Assembly (NCBI GenBank): GCA_963776175.1
Contig: CAVZLP010000013.1
Coordinates: 2,479-66,478, forward strand
Direction of reading: 5' to 3'
Length of the DNA: 64,000 nucleotides
Origin: an uncultured beta proteobacterium
GTDB lineage: Bacteria; Pseudomonadota; Gammaproteobacteria; Burkholderiales; Casimicrobiaceae
Positions 38,904 to 48,790 of this stretch are shown here, piece after piece (the first letter of the stretch is position 1; every line of letters begins with the position of its first letter). The notes beneath the pieces are model-generated. The model saw only the letters and a list, made by a program, of their open reading frames with translations, was not told where the DNA came from and searched no databases. The translations under genes were made by a program, and so were the position numbers.

Positions 38904-40130
38904 TCAGCGCCGCTGCGCGCCGCCTTGTGGAGGCGGCCCCGGCCTGGGTGCCGCCGAAGGCGCGCGACCGACGGGCGCCGGTGCCGACGGAATCGATTGG
39001 CGGCTCTGCAAGCCGCGCTGCGCATTGGTCTGCGTCTGCTGACGCGAGAGCCCTGGATCGAACGGTGCGGCACGTCCGGGCGAGGGTGCCGGCCGGACCG
39101 CAAACGGCGTGGGCACGCCGGCGGCTGGCGCCTGCCGCACAGCATTCGGCGCCTGTCGCAAGGCATTGGGAACCTGCGGCATCGCCCTCGGCGATTCGCG
39201 CGTTACGTTCGGTGCCGGCGCGCGCTGGATGCGTTCATAGCCACGGAAGTCCTGTCTCGAACGCACGGCATTCGGATCCGTCCTCGCGAACCGGTCGCGT
39301 GTCGTTGCATTGGGATAAGCAACCCCGCGCCGGTGCGGCGGCGAATGCTGCCAAGTGCCATCCTGCGGAACGCGCGGATGCCTCGGGTTATTCCAGAAGC
39401 GATTGTTGTGATCATCGATCGCGATGCGGTGGCCGTGCCAATGCGGGTGCGCCCAGCCCCAGTGGTTGTACCAGATCGGCCATGGGGCACCGAAGAAAAT
39501 TCCGATCGTGTACACCGGGCAGAACGGATAGGCATAGCTCGGCGGAGGGCACCAGAACCACGGCGGATATGCCGGCGCCCACCACGGACCGTAAATGAGC
39601 AGAGGATTGTAGACCGGCACGTACACGACGTCGGGTTGCGGCGTGTCGATGACGATGTCGTCGTCCTGCATCGTCACCGCCAATTGCGACGTCGTCTGCA
39701 AATTGCCGGCGGCCACGGCCTTCTGGCGCAACGACTGCACGGTGTCCATCACGCGCGGCTGATCGACGAGGAATGCGTCGCCCAATCGTTGCGTCCATTC
39801 GAGCTTGTCGTTCATCATCGCCAGAACCTGCGGATACGCAGCGAGCGATTGCACGCTCGGATCCCAATTCCTGTCCGTCAGCGCCTGGTCGAGCGCATCG
39901 CCGCGGAGGTCGGGATTCTGCTGAACGAATCGCGCGGCTTCCACGACTTCAAGCGGATACGTCGCAGCGATCAGGATCTGCGTCAGCAACTGGTCCGGAT
40001 AGAGAGCGATGGGCGCCAGCAACTGGTCGAGTTCATCCTGGCTGTAAGCAGGCTCGTCAGCAGTCTGTGCGCCGACCGGCGTGACGACGAATGCCAGGAG
40101 AGCCAGCGCGCCAATCAGAAAGCATCGCAT
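38904..40130 (-). CDS. DUF3300-family secreted protein with Pro-rich C-terminus
   Basis: Signal MRCFLIGALALLAFVV. Contains LLAPIALYPDQLLTQILIAATYPLEVVEAARF and WDPSVQSLAAYPQVL, with a proline/arginine-rich tail. Confidence 0.8.
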   Translation of the reverse strand: MRCFLIGALALLAFVVTPVGAQTADEPAYSQDELDQLLAPIALYPDQLLTQILIAATYPLEVVEAARFVQQNPDLRGDALDQALTDRNWDPSVQSLAAYPQVLAMMNDKLEWTQRLGDAFLVDQPRVMDTVQSLRQKAVAAGNLQTTSQLAVTMQDDDIVIDTPQPDVVYVPVYNPLLIYGPWWAPAYPPWFWCPPPSYAYPFCPVYTIGIFFGAPWPIWYNHWGWAHPHWHGHRIAIDDHNNRFWNNPRHPRVPQDGTWQHSPPHRRGVAYPNATTRDRFARTDPNAVRSRQDFRGYERIQRAPAPNVTRESPRAMPQVPNALRQAPNAVRQAPAAGVPTPFAVRPAPSPGRAAPFDPGLSRQQTQTNAQRGLQSRQSIPSAPAPVGRAPSAAPRPGPPPQGGAQRR

Positions 40131-40395
40131 ACGGAGAGTGCGTGAACGACCGGATGCTCGACGCGACGTCGACGGCGGAAGCCTGCTGAAACAAAGAGTC
40201 ATGCTGCAACTGTGCGCTGATAAAACGCATCGTGCGATCTGATTTGTAACATTCTATGGCCACGCGGCGCCGATTCGTCAGTTATTGAAACGAGCGTTGA
40301 CCCAGATCAATATACAAGCGTTGAATCTGGCCGAGCGAGAGCGAGTTCGGCATGATTCGCATGACAATCACAACCGCGCGCAGACGCGTGTATGC

Positions 40396-43233
40396 ATGGT
40401 CGCCACGAATTCGGACAGCTCCAACCAGGACGTCTCACAACGAGTCCTCGAGATCGTCGACAATCTCGCTCGCGAGTTGCGGTCCGGTCAGCCGTCCGCT
40501 TCGCGAGCACAGCTGGACTTTAGCTTCGAGCGTGATCTGGGTTTCGATAGCCTCGAACGGGCGGAGCTCCTGCTGCGAGTCGAAAATACATTCGGTGTCC
40601 GCCTGCCTCCTCGCACGCTGGCAACCGCCGAGACTCCCCGCGATCTTGCGCGTGCGGTGCAAGCGGGGAGCACCTTGTCGCACCGGGTGTCGGCCGTGGC
40701 AGCGGTGCCGGCTGTCGAGCCTGCAGCAGCGATCCCCGAACATGCCGCAACCCTGATCGATGTCCTGCGCTGGCATGCCCAGTCGCATCCGGAGCGCACG
40801 CACCTCACGCTGCTCGTGGAAACGGAGGAGGGCGCGCGCGAGGAGGCGATCACCTATCGCGCTTTGCATGATGCCGCTGTGCGTGTCGCCGACGGGCTTT
40901 CCGCCAGCGGCTTGGAGCCGGGGCAGAGCGTGGCGATCATGCTTCCGACATCGCCGGAATTCTTCGCCGCGTTTCTTGGCATCCTGCTGGCAGGCGGGGT
41001 TCCGGTCCCGATCTATCCGCCGGCAAGACGCTCGCAACTCGAGGAGCATCTGCACCGCCAGGCGGGCATCCTCGGCAACTGCCTGGCGACCACCTTGATG
41101 ACGGTACCCGAGGCGCGAATGGTCGCGCGCCTGCTGCGGGCCTCGACGCCGTCACTAAGACACATCGTCTCGGTTGCGGAACTCAGCGCGACATCGGGAC
41201 CGAAGCCCACGGTTCGATCCGAGCCGGGGCCCCGGGACACGGCACTCCTGCAATACACTTCGGGCAGCACAGGAAATCCGAAAGGGGTGATCCTCAGCCA
41301 CGCCAACTTGCTCGCCAATATCCGGTCGATGGGCCGCGCTGCGGCAGTGACGCCCGGCGATATTTTCGTGAGCTGGCTGCCCCTGTATCACGACATGGGA
41401 TTGATCGGCGCCTGGCTGAGCAGCCTCTATTTCGCGATTCCACTCATCGTCATGCCGCCGACCGATTTTCTGGCGCGCCCCGAGCGCTGGTTGTGGGCGA
41501 TCCACCGCTACCGTGCGACTCTTTCGGGCGCGCCGAACTTCGCCTACGAGATGTGTGCTACCCGCTTGGACGAAAGCCGCCTCGCCGGTCTCGATCTGTC
41601 CTCGTGGCGGGTTGCGTTCAACGGCTCGGAGCCAGTCAGTCCCACCACTATCGCGCGCTTTGCCCAGCGCTTCGCGACCTACGGGTTCGAACCTCGAGCG
41701 CAGACACCCGTATACGGTCTTGCAGAGTCCGCAGTCGGGCTGGCATTCCCGCCGTTGCAGCGAGGTCCGCTGGTCGACCGCATCGATCGCATCCGCCTTG
41801 GCGAGAGCGGGGTCGCGGTGCCGGCGGTTTCGGACGACATCCGCGCGCTGCTGGTCGTGAGCTGCGGCCAGCCTTTGCCTGGGCACGAGTTTCGCGCTGT
41901 CGATGCGGCGGGACGCGAGCTACCAGAGCGCCAGGAAGGCCGCATCCAGTTTCGCGGGCCTTCGGCCACCAGCGGTTACTTTCGCAATCCTGAGGCAACC
42001 TGCAGTCTGTTCGACGGCGACTGGCTCGACACCGGTGACGTGGGCTACGTGGCAGCGGGCGAGCTCTATGTCACAGGACGCGCCAAGGACGTAATCATCC
42101 GTGGCGGGCAGCACATTCACCCGCAGGAAGCCGAAGCGGCAATCGGCAACATCGCGGGCATCCGCAAGGGCTGTGTCGTCGTCTTTGGCGTCGCCGATCG
42201 CGAGGCCGGCACGGAAAAAGTGGTGGTGCTCGCTGAAACGCGGGAGGCCGATCCGTCCAGGCAGGAAGCGCTGCGTAAAGTAGTTGTCGGGCAGGCGGCG
42301 TCGCTGCTCGGCGCGCCCGCGGACGATGTCGTTCTGGCGCCGCCGCACACGGTGCTGAAGACATCGAGCGGCAAGCTCCGTCGCGCTGCATGCCGCGACC
42401 TTTACGAGCGAGGGGTAGGTAAAGCGAGACAGCAGGGCCTCGTGCCTCAGACCATTAGGCTGCTCTGGACCGGATTCGGCGGCTGGCTGCGACGATCGCT
42501 GACTCGCGTCGGCGAGGTGTTGTTCGCAGGCTACGCGTGGACACTCTTTGCCGCGATCGGACTGGTCGCGGTGGGCGCCGTCGCCGTGTTGCCGCGGCTA
42601 GGCTGGCGACGTCACGCCGCGGCGGTGCTGGCACGCGCGTTCGTCGCGGCATCGAGGGTCCCGCTGCAAGTGACCGGTGTCGTGAACTTTCCGCCGAAGG
42701 GACCGATCGTTGTCGTCGTCAATCACGCAAGCTATGTCGATGCGATCGTGCTGATGACAGTCCTTCCCGAGCGCTGCAATTTCGTGGCCAAGCGCGAACT
42801 GGCCTCGAATGCGCTGATGGGGCTGCTGCTCGGTCGCATGGGCACGCGCTTGGTCGAGCGCTTCGACGTCGAAGCGGGTGTGGCCGCAGCCCATGAGCTC
42901 GCGGCGCTCGCCGAGCATGGCGCGTCGTTCGTCTATTTCGCTGAGGGTACATTCACCCGCGAGCCGGGCCTGCGTCCGTTTCACATGGGTGCCTTCATCG
43001 CCTCCGCGAGCGTTGGCGCGCCCTTGGTGCCGGTGGCGATCCGCGGCACGCGCTCGGTATTGCGCGACGGCCAGTGGTTCCCAAAGCGCGCTCTTATCCA
43101 GATCATCGTCGGCACGCCACTACTGCCCGAGGGCCATGACTGGGCGGCGGCAGTGCGCCTTCGCGACCGCGCCCGCGCGTCGATACTCGCGGGTTGCGGC
43201 GAACCTGACCTTGTCGGAAGAGGGACACTGTGA
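40396..43233 (+). CDS. fusion protein: acyl carrier domain - fatty acyl-AMP ligase-like adenylation domain - TM segment - lysophospholipid (PlsC-type) acyltransferase
   Basis: The PP-binding motif LGFDSLERAEL (Ser) is near the N-terminus. AMP-binding motifs are YTSGSTGNPKGV, WLPLYHDMGL, GDVGY, GRAKDVIIRGGQHIHPQE and KTSSGK. A hydrophobic segment (LFAGYAWTLFAAIGLVAVGAV) follows, then the acyltransferase NHASYVD (HX4D) and FAEGTFT. Confidence 0.85.
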   Translation: MVATNSDSSNQDVSQRVLEIVDNLARELRSGQPSASRAQLDFSFERDLGFDSLERAELLLRVENTFGVRLPPRTLATAETPRDLARAVQAGSTLSHRVSAVAAVPAVEPAAAIPEHAATLIDVLRWHAQSHPERTHLTLLVETEEGAREEAITYRALHDAAVRVADGLSASGLEPGQSVAIMLPTSPEFFAAFLGILLAGGVPVPIYPPARRSQLEEHLHRQAGILGNCLATTLMTVPEARMVARLLRASTPSLRHIVSVAELSATSGPKPTVRSEPGPRDTALLQYTSGSTGNPKGVILSHANLLANIRSMGRAAAVTPGDIFVSWLPLYHDMGLIGAWLSSLYFAIPLIVMPPTDFLARPERWLWAIHRYRATLSGAPNFAYEMCATRLDESRLAGLDLSSWRVAFNGSEPVSPTTIARFAQRFATYGFEPRAQTPVYGLAESAVGLAFPPLQRGPLVDRIDRIRLGESGVAVPAVSDDIRALLVVSCGQPLPGHEFRAVDAAGRELPERQEGRIQFRGPSATSGYFRNPEATCSLFDGDWLDTGDVGYVAAGELYVTGRAKDVIIRGGQHIHPQEAEAAIGNIAGIRKGCVVVFGVADREAGTEKVVVLAETREADPSRQEALRKVVVGQAASLLGAPADDVVLAPPHTVLKTSSGKLRRAACRDLYERGVGKARQQGLVPQTIRLLWTGFGGWLRRSLTRVGEVLFAGYAWTLFAAIGLVAVGAVAVLPRLGWRRHAAAVLARAFVAASRVPLQVTGVVNFPPKGPIVVVVNHASYVDAIVLMTVLPERCNFVAKRELASNALMGLLLGRMGTRLVERFDVEAGVAAAHELAALAEHGASFVYFAEGTFTREPGLRPFHMGAFIASASVGAPLVPVAIRGTRSVLRDGQWFPKRALIQIIVGTPLLPEGHDWAAAVRLRDRARASILAGCGEPDLVGRGTL

Positions 43234-43288
43234 TGCTCGCACGGGGCGCCGGGGCAGGCCGCTTCCAGGGCTGGCTCGCTTGCCGCCA

Positions 43289-44545
43289 TTAACCCCAATG
43301 CAGGCGAAGGCTATTGTCGGCTTGCACTTCGGCCCGTGTGCCGAGGCTTCTGCCCTCGCGGTTCAGCGTTGCTCCGAGCCACGCAGCTTCGTCACCGGCG
43401 GCCCGGTTGATCCGCAAATGACGGGTGCGCGTCGGCGTCATCGCGAAACGCAGTAGCTTCCTGGTCGAGGCGTCGAAGGACGCGAAGTACAAAAGCGCCA
43501 GGTCGGCGCGATAAGCATCGTAGCCGCGAATGCCTTCGTAGTCGTCGAGAAGATCGCCGCAGCCATACAGTATGGGTTTGTCGTGGTGGACCTCTATGCC
43601 TTTCACGTGGTGCGAAGAGTGTCCGTGCACAAGGTCGACTTCGGCCCTGTCGATCAGGCCATGGGCAAAGCCGCGTTCCGCAGATGAGATGTCGTAGCCC
43701 CAGTTGCCTCCCCAATGAATCGACATCACGACAATGTCCCCAGGGCGCTTGTGTGTGGCTATCCGACGCGCGACGTTATCGAGGCTGCGCGATGACAAGT
43801 CGTCAAGGAGGCTCACACCGGGGCGACCCCTCTGCGCCGCCCACTCGGCGGGGACGCCGCTCGTTTCCATCCCGTAGGCGAACACGAGTATACGGCTCCC
43901 GGCGCGCGTGTCGATGATCGCCGGTAACGCGGCTTCATCCACGTTCGCGCCAGCGCCGGCTGTCCGTATGCCGGCACCATGCAAGGTCGCCAGCGTTTCC
44001 GCGAAGCCGGATCTGCCCCAGTCGAGGACGTGATTGTTGGCGAGGACACAGCAATCGAGTTTTGCCACAGTCAGGCAGCCGACGTTGGCCGGATGCATTC
44101 GATAGTGGACGCCCTTGTGCGGCCACGCTTGATCGCTGCCGGTGACCGAAGTCTCGAGATTGACGATCCTTGCATCGGGCCCGACGCGGTCCAGCTCCGC
44201 CAACGCGTCACCCCAGATGTAGCCGAAATCGACGGGCCTCGCGATCGGCCCCGAGGCCCGCTCGGCCAAGCGCACATACTCGAGCGCGGAGCGAACATAG
44301 GATTCGTACAAGTCCGGTCGGCTCGGGTGCGGCAGGATTTGATCGATGCCGCGCCCGGTCATGACATCGCCCGCCAGAAACAAGGTTATCGCGTTTACGT
44401 CCCCACCCGAGATCGCAGCGGTTTGTGACAACTTCCCTCCGCGCGCGTTACCGAGGCCAAGGCCGCGTTCCATCGCCGGCCCGGAAAGCAGTGCACCACC
44501 TACCCGCGCCAAGAATTGCCGCCGCGTCATTGCTCGTGACACCAT
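43289..44545 (-). CDS. CapA-family (PGA_cap metallophosphatase-like) protein with Tat signal
   Basis: MTRRQFLARVGG, LFLAGDVMTGRGID, NLETSVT, LANNHVLDWG, SIHWGGNWGY and GHSSHH. The start is uncertain (44530/44545/44632). Confidence 0.8.
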   Translation of the reverse strand: MVSRAMTRRQFLARVGGALLSGPAMERGLGLGNARGGKLSQTAAISGGDVNAITLFLAGDVMTGRGIDQILPHPSRPDLYESYVRSALEYVRLAERASGPIARPVDFGYIWGDALAELDRVGPDARIVNLETSVTGSDQAWPHKGVHYRMHPANVGCLTVAKLDCCVLANNHVLDWGRSGFAETLATLHGAGIRTAGAGANVDEAALPAIIDTRAGSRILVFAYGMETSGVPAEWAAQRGRPGVSLLDDLSSRSLDNVARRIATHKRPGDIVVMSIHWGGNWGYDISSAERGFAHGLIDRAEVDLVHGHSSHHVKGIEVHHDKPILYGCGDLLDDYEGIRGYDAYRADLALLYFASFDASTRKLLRFAMTPTRTRHLRINRAAGDEAAWLGATLNREGRSLGTRAEVQADNSLRLHWG

Positions 44546-44765
44546 AAGATAATGGATTGCGTCGCCATCGGTCCCCAACATTGCATCTGCCATCATCCTA
44601 TACCCTCCGTGGCCGGGCGGTTTGACGACCACATACCGAGATTTGCTGAGTTGCGCTTCTCGAGTTGCCCTAAGCGCTCCGTCTGCGGGTTTTTCCCCTT
44701 GATGCTAAGATAATATTGTGAGGGGTCAGAATCGGATCGCTGTTAATGCCGGCTGAGGCGGACCG

Positions 44766-45773
44766 ATGAAAAAGACCTCGCCCCCCCTTGGTGAGTTCGA
44801 GCTTATCGCGCGTTACTTCGCGCCGCTCGCCAAGGGCTTCCCCGGTGCCTTTGGATTGCTCGACGATGCGGCGGTGATCGCTGCGCTGCCGGGGCATGAG
44901 CTCGTTGCCAAGACCGACGCGATCGTCGGCGGCGTACATTTTCTTCTCGACGATCCGCCGGACCTCATCGCCCGCAAGGCATTGCGGGTGAATCTTTCCG
45001 ACCTTGCCGCGAAAGGCGCTGTGCCGCGCGCCTACATGCTCGCCATCATGTTGCCAAGAACGCTTACCGAGGAGTGGATCGCGACCTTCGCTCGTGGCCT
45101 CGCCCAGGATCAAGACCAATATGCAGTGCATTTGATCGGGGGCGATACGGATTCGACACCTGGTCCGGTGTCGATCGCGATCACGGCGTTCGGTGAGGTG
45201 GCGACCGGGCGCATGCTCCGCCGGAGTGGGGCGCGTGACGGAGATACAGTGTTCGTGACCGGCACCATCGGCGATGCCGCGCTTGGCCTGGAGGTGCTGT
45301 GCGGGAAATTGCCCCACCTGCACACGAACGCGGCAAACTTTCTCGTTGATCGCTACCGGTTGCCGCAACCGCGTGTCACATTGGGTCCTCGTCTTGTCGG
45401 ACTTGCGAGCGCTGCACTGGATGTCTCGGATGGCCTGCTCGCCGACCTTCGTCACATCTGCGAAGTCTCGGAACTCGCTGCGGTCATCGAGGCTCCCCGA
45501 GTGCCGGTATCAACGGCCGCGCGCACAGCCCTCGGCACGGACTCCGGGCGTATCACAGCGGTACTGACGGGCGGCGACGATTACGAGATACTCTTCACCG
45601 CACCACCGGAAGCGCTTAATGAGCTGACCGAATTGTCGCAGGCGCTCCACGTGCCGATCACTGCCATCGGCCGGATGGAATCGGCGTCATTCGGCAAGAA
45701 TGGGCGAATCCGGGTACTGGACGAATCGGGGAGGCCGCTCACGTTCGATCGCGGTGGCTGGACGCACTTCTGA
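44766..45773 (+). CDS. thiL: thiamine-monophosphate kinase
   Basis: GEFELIARYFAP, DDAAV, KTDAIVGGVHF, NLSDLAAKGA, GGDTDSTPG, DVSDGLLADL and LTGGDDYEILFT. Confidence 0.9.
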   Translation: MKKTSPPLGEFELIARYFAPLAKGFPGAFGLLDDAAVIAALPGHELVAKTDAIVGGVHFLLDDPPDLIARKALRVNLSDLAAKGAVPRAYMLAIMLPRTLTEEWIATFARGLAQDQDQYAVHLIGGDTDSTPGPVSIAITAFGEVATGRMLRRSGARDGDTVFVTGTIGDAALGLEVLCGKLPHLHTNAANFLVDRYRLPQPRVTLGPRLVGLASAALDVSDGLLADLRHICEVSELAAVIEAPRVPVSTAARTALGTDSGRITAVLTGGDDYEILFTAPPEALNELTELSQALHVPITAIGRMESASFGKNGRIRVLDESGRPLTFDRGGWTHF

Positions 45774-45863
45774 GTGCGAGGCTATTGCGCGGGATCAAGC
45801 CATGACGAGCCGTCGAGCCTATAATTGCACAGTCGCTTTTCGAATTCGGCATGAAGAACGAAT

Positions 45864-46259
45864 ATGGCTCTGACCAAGGTTGAGCTGTCGAAGCTCATCA
45901 AGGCGCTAGACCAGCGTTATGCGTCGCTACTCGAGGAAGTTCGCGATGCGCTGGAAAAAAGCGAGAACCAGCAGTACGTGGAGCTGATCGATCGCGTACC
46001 CGCGGATATCGGTGACCAGTCAGTCGCCGATGCGCTGGCCGACTTGAACCTTGCGCTCATCGACCGCCACATCCAGGAAATTCGCGACATCGAGGCGGCG
46101 CGAACACGTGTCGAGAGTGGAAAGTTCGGGATTTGCATCGACTGTGGCGAAGAGGTCGGTTTCAAACGTCTTCTTGCCTATCCAACCGCGAAACGCTGTA
46201 TTGCTTGCCAGCAGCAGCGAGAGAGAACCTACGCTCACGAAGGAACTCCGACGCTCTGA
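45864..46259 (+). CDS. DksA/TraR-family C4 zinc-finger protein
   Basis: CIDCGEEVGFKRLLAYPTAKRCIACQ is the C-x2-C-x17-C-x2-C motif. It is preceded by a coiled-coil region. Confidence 0.85.
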   Translation: MALTKVELSKLIKALDQRYASLLEEVRDALEKSENQQYVELIDRVPADIGDQSVADALADLNLALIDRHIQEIRDIEAARTRVESGKFGICIDCGEEVGFKRLLAYPTAKRCIACQQQRERTYAHEGTPTL

Positions 46260-46347
46260 CCGCGTTCGGTCTGAACGCCGAACGGGCACTCTCAAGGCGC
46301 CGCCAAGCGCCGAGCATGGCGAAGACGGGTTACCGCTGTCGGTGCCC

Positions 46348-47196
46348 TTAATGCGACATCAGCACCGGGACAGTCATCTCTGCGAGCAGCATCCGTGTTG
46401 CTCCGCCAAGGACGCGCTCGCGCCAGCGTGGATGTCCGTAAGCTCCCATGACGATAAGGTCCACGCCCAAGTCGGCGACGCGGGACAGCAGCCAGTCGCC
46501 CACGGCGATGTCCCCGTCGCCAAGGTTATCCGACTCGACACTCGCGGAAACGCCGTGACGGCGCAGATACACCAAGAGGCGGTCGCGCGCCGCCGTATCC
46601 GCGCCATGCGCCGACGCGCTCGGGTCGAGGCAGGCGACGGTCACCTTGCGCGCGCGAACGAGCATCGGCAATGCGTCCGCGATCGCGCGCGAAGCCTCGC
46701 GTCCGCCGTCCCAGGCGATCAGAACATTGGTTCCGATGATTTCCGGCGCACCGATATACGGGACGACGAGCACCGGATGTCCCCCCTCCAGCAGCACCGC
46801 AGCGGCGAGCTGGGCAGTGAAGGACCACCCGGCGCGAGCGGGATCGGGCTGGCTTATGACGGTCAGATCGGCGCAACGAACCTGCGCCACGGTCGCGTCG
46901 ATCGGCGACCCTGCCGGCGACCGCCATTCGATGTCCGTGACGCCGGCTGCAGCTGCGGCCTGACGGAACCCGTCTTCTTCCGCGCGCTGGGCTTCGAGCC
47001 CACTGCGCATATACAGTTCGACGACGTCATTCGGCAGCAGCGCCGCGACCGACGGCGCGATTTCCGGTGCGTCGTCGACGTAGAGGCCGACGAGCCGTGC
47101 GGCAAAATCGCGGGCCAGGCTGATGCCGACGTGGAGCCGGCCCCGGGATGCCCCGCTTCGGTCGATATGGACGAGGATGGTCTGGTAGGTCGTCAT
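46348..47196 (-). CDS. tandem universal stress protein (UspA family)
   Basis: Two Usp modules (ILVHIDRS...; VLIAWDGGREASRAI...). The C-terminal VMGAYGHPRWRERVLGGATR is the ATP-binding-type motif. Confidence 0.85.
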   Translation of the reverse strand: MTTYQTILVHIDRSGASRGRLHVGISLARDFAARLVGLYVDDAPEIAPSVAALLPNDVVELYMRSGLEAQRAEEDGFRQAAAAAGVTDIEWRSPAGSPIDATVAQVRCADLTVISQPDPARAGWSFTAQLAAAVLLEGGHPVLVVPYIGAPEIIGTNVLIAWDGGREASRAIADALPMLVRARKVTVACLDPSASAHGADTAARDRLLVYLRRHGVSASVESDNLGDGDIAVGDWLLSRVADLGVDLIVMGAYGHPRWRERVLGGATRMLLAEMTVPVLMSH

Positions 47197-47455
47197 GTTG
47201 TGTGTCTAGCGACGCCGGAGCGCCCGCTATCCATGCGAATTGAACGATCCGAGCATAGGGGGCGATTGCCGCGTCGTCCTTGCGCGAGATCAATATGCGG
47301 TAACATCCGCAGAACGTCCTGAATCCCCAGTGCGGCCCGCGCAGTACGGTCTCACGGTGAAAGCAAGGATGCGGATGCAAGGTGAACAATACTCGCTGTC
47401 GCCCTGCATACACGGTCCGCGGGTACGCGGCATATTTCATTGGAAAGGGCACACC

Positions 47456-48022
47456 ATGATCAAGCGACTCATTCCGATTCTCGCGCTGTTGTCACTGGCG
47501 CTCGCCGTCTCGCCGGCGTGGGCAGACGAGTACCAGGATACGATCAATGTCTTCAAGAATGCTGGCGAGAGCGGAAGCTTTTTCAAGACAGCATACGGGT
47601 ACGCCGTCTTTCCGACGATCGGGAAGGGTGGCGTCGGTGTTGGCGGGGCCTTTGGAAAAGGCCGGGTATACGAAAAAGGAAGGTACGTCGGCAATGCGTC
47701 GATGACCCAGGTGACGGTTGGCTTCCAGCTCGGCGGGCAGGCCTACAGCCAGATGATCTTTTTCGAGGACCAGCGCGCATTCAAGGAATTTACGAGCGGT
47801 AACTTTGCCTTTGGCGCGGAAGCTTCCGCAGTAGCCATTACCGCCGCTGCCGGAGCGAAGGCAAGCACGACGGGTTCGTCGGCCGGCGTAAGCGGCGGCA
47901 GGCACGACGCCAAAACCGTGGGCGCATACCAAAATGGCATGGCCACGTTCACCGTGGCCAAGGGCGGGCTGATGTATGCAGCGAATATCGGCGGCGAGAA
48001 GTTCAGTTACACACCGCGCTGA
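47456..48022 (+). CDS. SYLF (Ysc84-like, DUF500) lipid-binding domain protein, secreted
   Basis: Signal MIKRLIPILALLSLALAVSPAWA. Contains GYAVFPTIGKGGVGVGGAFGKGRVY and GFQLGGQAYSQMIFF. Confidence 0.8.
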   Translation: MIKRLIPILALLSLALAVSPAWADEYQDTINVFKNAGESGSFFKTAYGYAVFPTIGKGGVGVGGAFGKGRVYEKGRYVGNASMTQVTVGFQLGGQAYSQMIFFEDQRAFKEFTSGNFAFGAEASAVAITAAAGAKASTTGSSAGVSGGRHDAKTVGAYQNGMATFTVAKGGLMYAANIGGEKFSYTPR

Positions 48023-48064
48023 CTGCTCGATAGCAAGCCTCGCGACGCAGCCCGGGGTCGAACC

Positions 48065-48775
48065 TCACCCGGGATCGCGTGCCGCCCACAGCTCGTTGAG
48101 GCGTTCCGCAAACCGAGTGCCCAGCGCCTCGTCTTCGTGCATGAAATAGACGTAGGTCTGCGGCAGGGCCGCCGCGCCGATGCGCGCCGCCCAGGCGCCC
48201 AACTCCCGGTCGTCGTAGTGGGTCCGTCGCAAGCGCAGGTAGCCCCAGTCCGACGTGGCGACGAATGGTGTGTCGCCTTCGTCGGTGTCGGTGACGCAAA
48301 GGATGGCGCTGCGGCCCCGCAGCGTCTCGTACACTTCGTCGTCCTGCCAGGATGCGTGGCGAAATTCGAACGCTGCTCGCGTTCCGGACGGCAATAGCGC
48401 GAGGAACTCCCGCAATCGCGGAAGATCCTTCTTGAGAAATGGCGGCAACTGGAACAGCAGCACGCCCAGCTTGCTCCCCAGCGCACCGGCGCGACGCACG
48501 AACTCGGCCACGTGAGATTCGGCCTCCCGCAGACGGAGGTCATGGGTGATGCGTTTCGGCGCCTTCAAGGTGAATGTAAAGTGATCGGGCACTTGCTCCG
48601 ACCATTGCGCGAGCATCGATTCCGCCGGCATGCGGTAGAACGTATTGTTGATCTCGACGGTCGCGAAGCGCTGGGCGTAGTAGCGCAGCATCTCGCCGGC
48701 GGGCAGCTTCTCCGGATAGAAGGGACCCAGCCATTCCTTGTAGGAAAAGCCGCTCGTTCCCGCCAATAGTTTCAT
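48065..48775 (-). CDS. DUF72-family protein
   Basis: GTSGFSYKEWLGPFYP, VEINNTFY, LFQLPP, FEFRHASW and GYLRLRR. Confidence 0.85.
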   Translation of the reverse strand: MKLLAGTSGFSYKEWLGPFYPEKLPAGEMLRYYAQRFATVEINNTFYRMPAESMLAQWSEQVPDHFTFTLKAPKRITHDLRLREAESHVAEFVRRAGALGSKLGVLLFQLPPFLKKDLPRLREFLALLPSGTRAAFEFRHASWQDDEVYETLRGRSAILCVTDTDEGDTPFVATSDWGYLRLRRTHYDDRELGAWAARIGAAALPQTYVYFMHEDEALGTRFAERLNELWAARDPG

Positions 48776-48790
48776 CGAGCTGCTCCCGTT

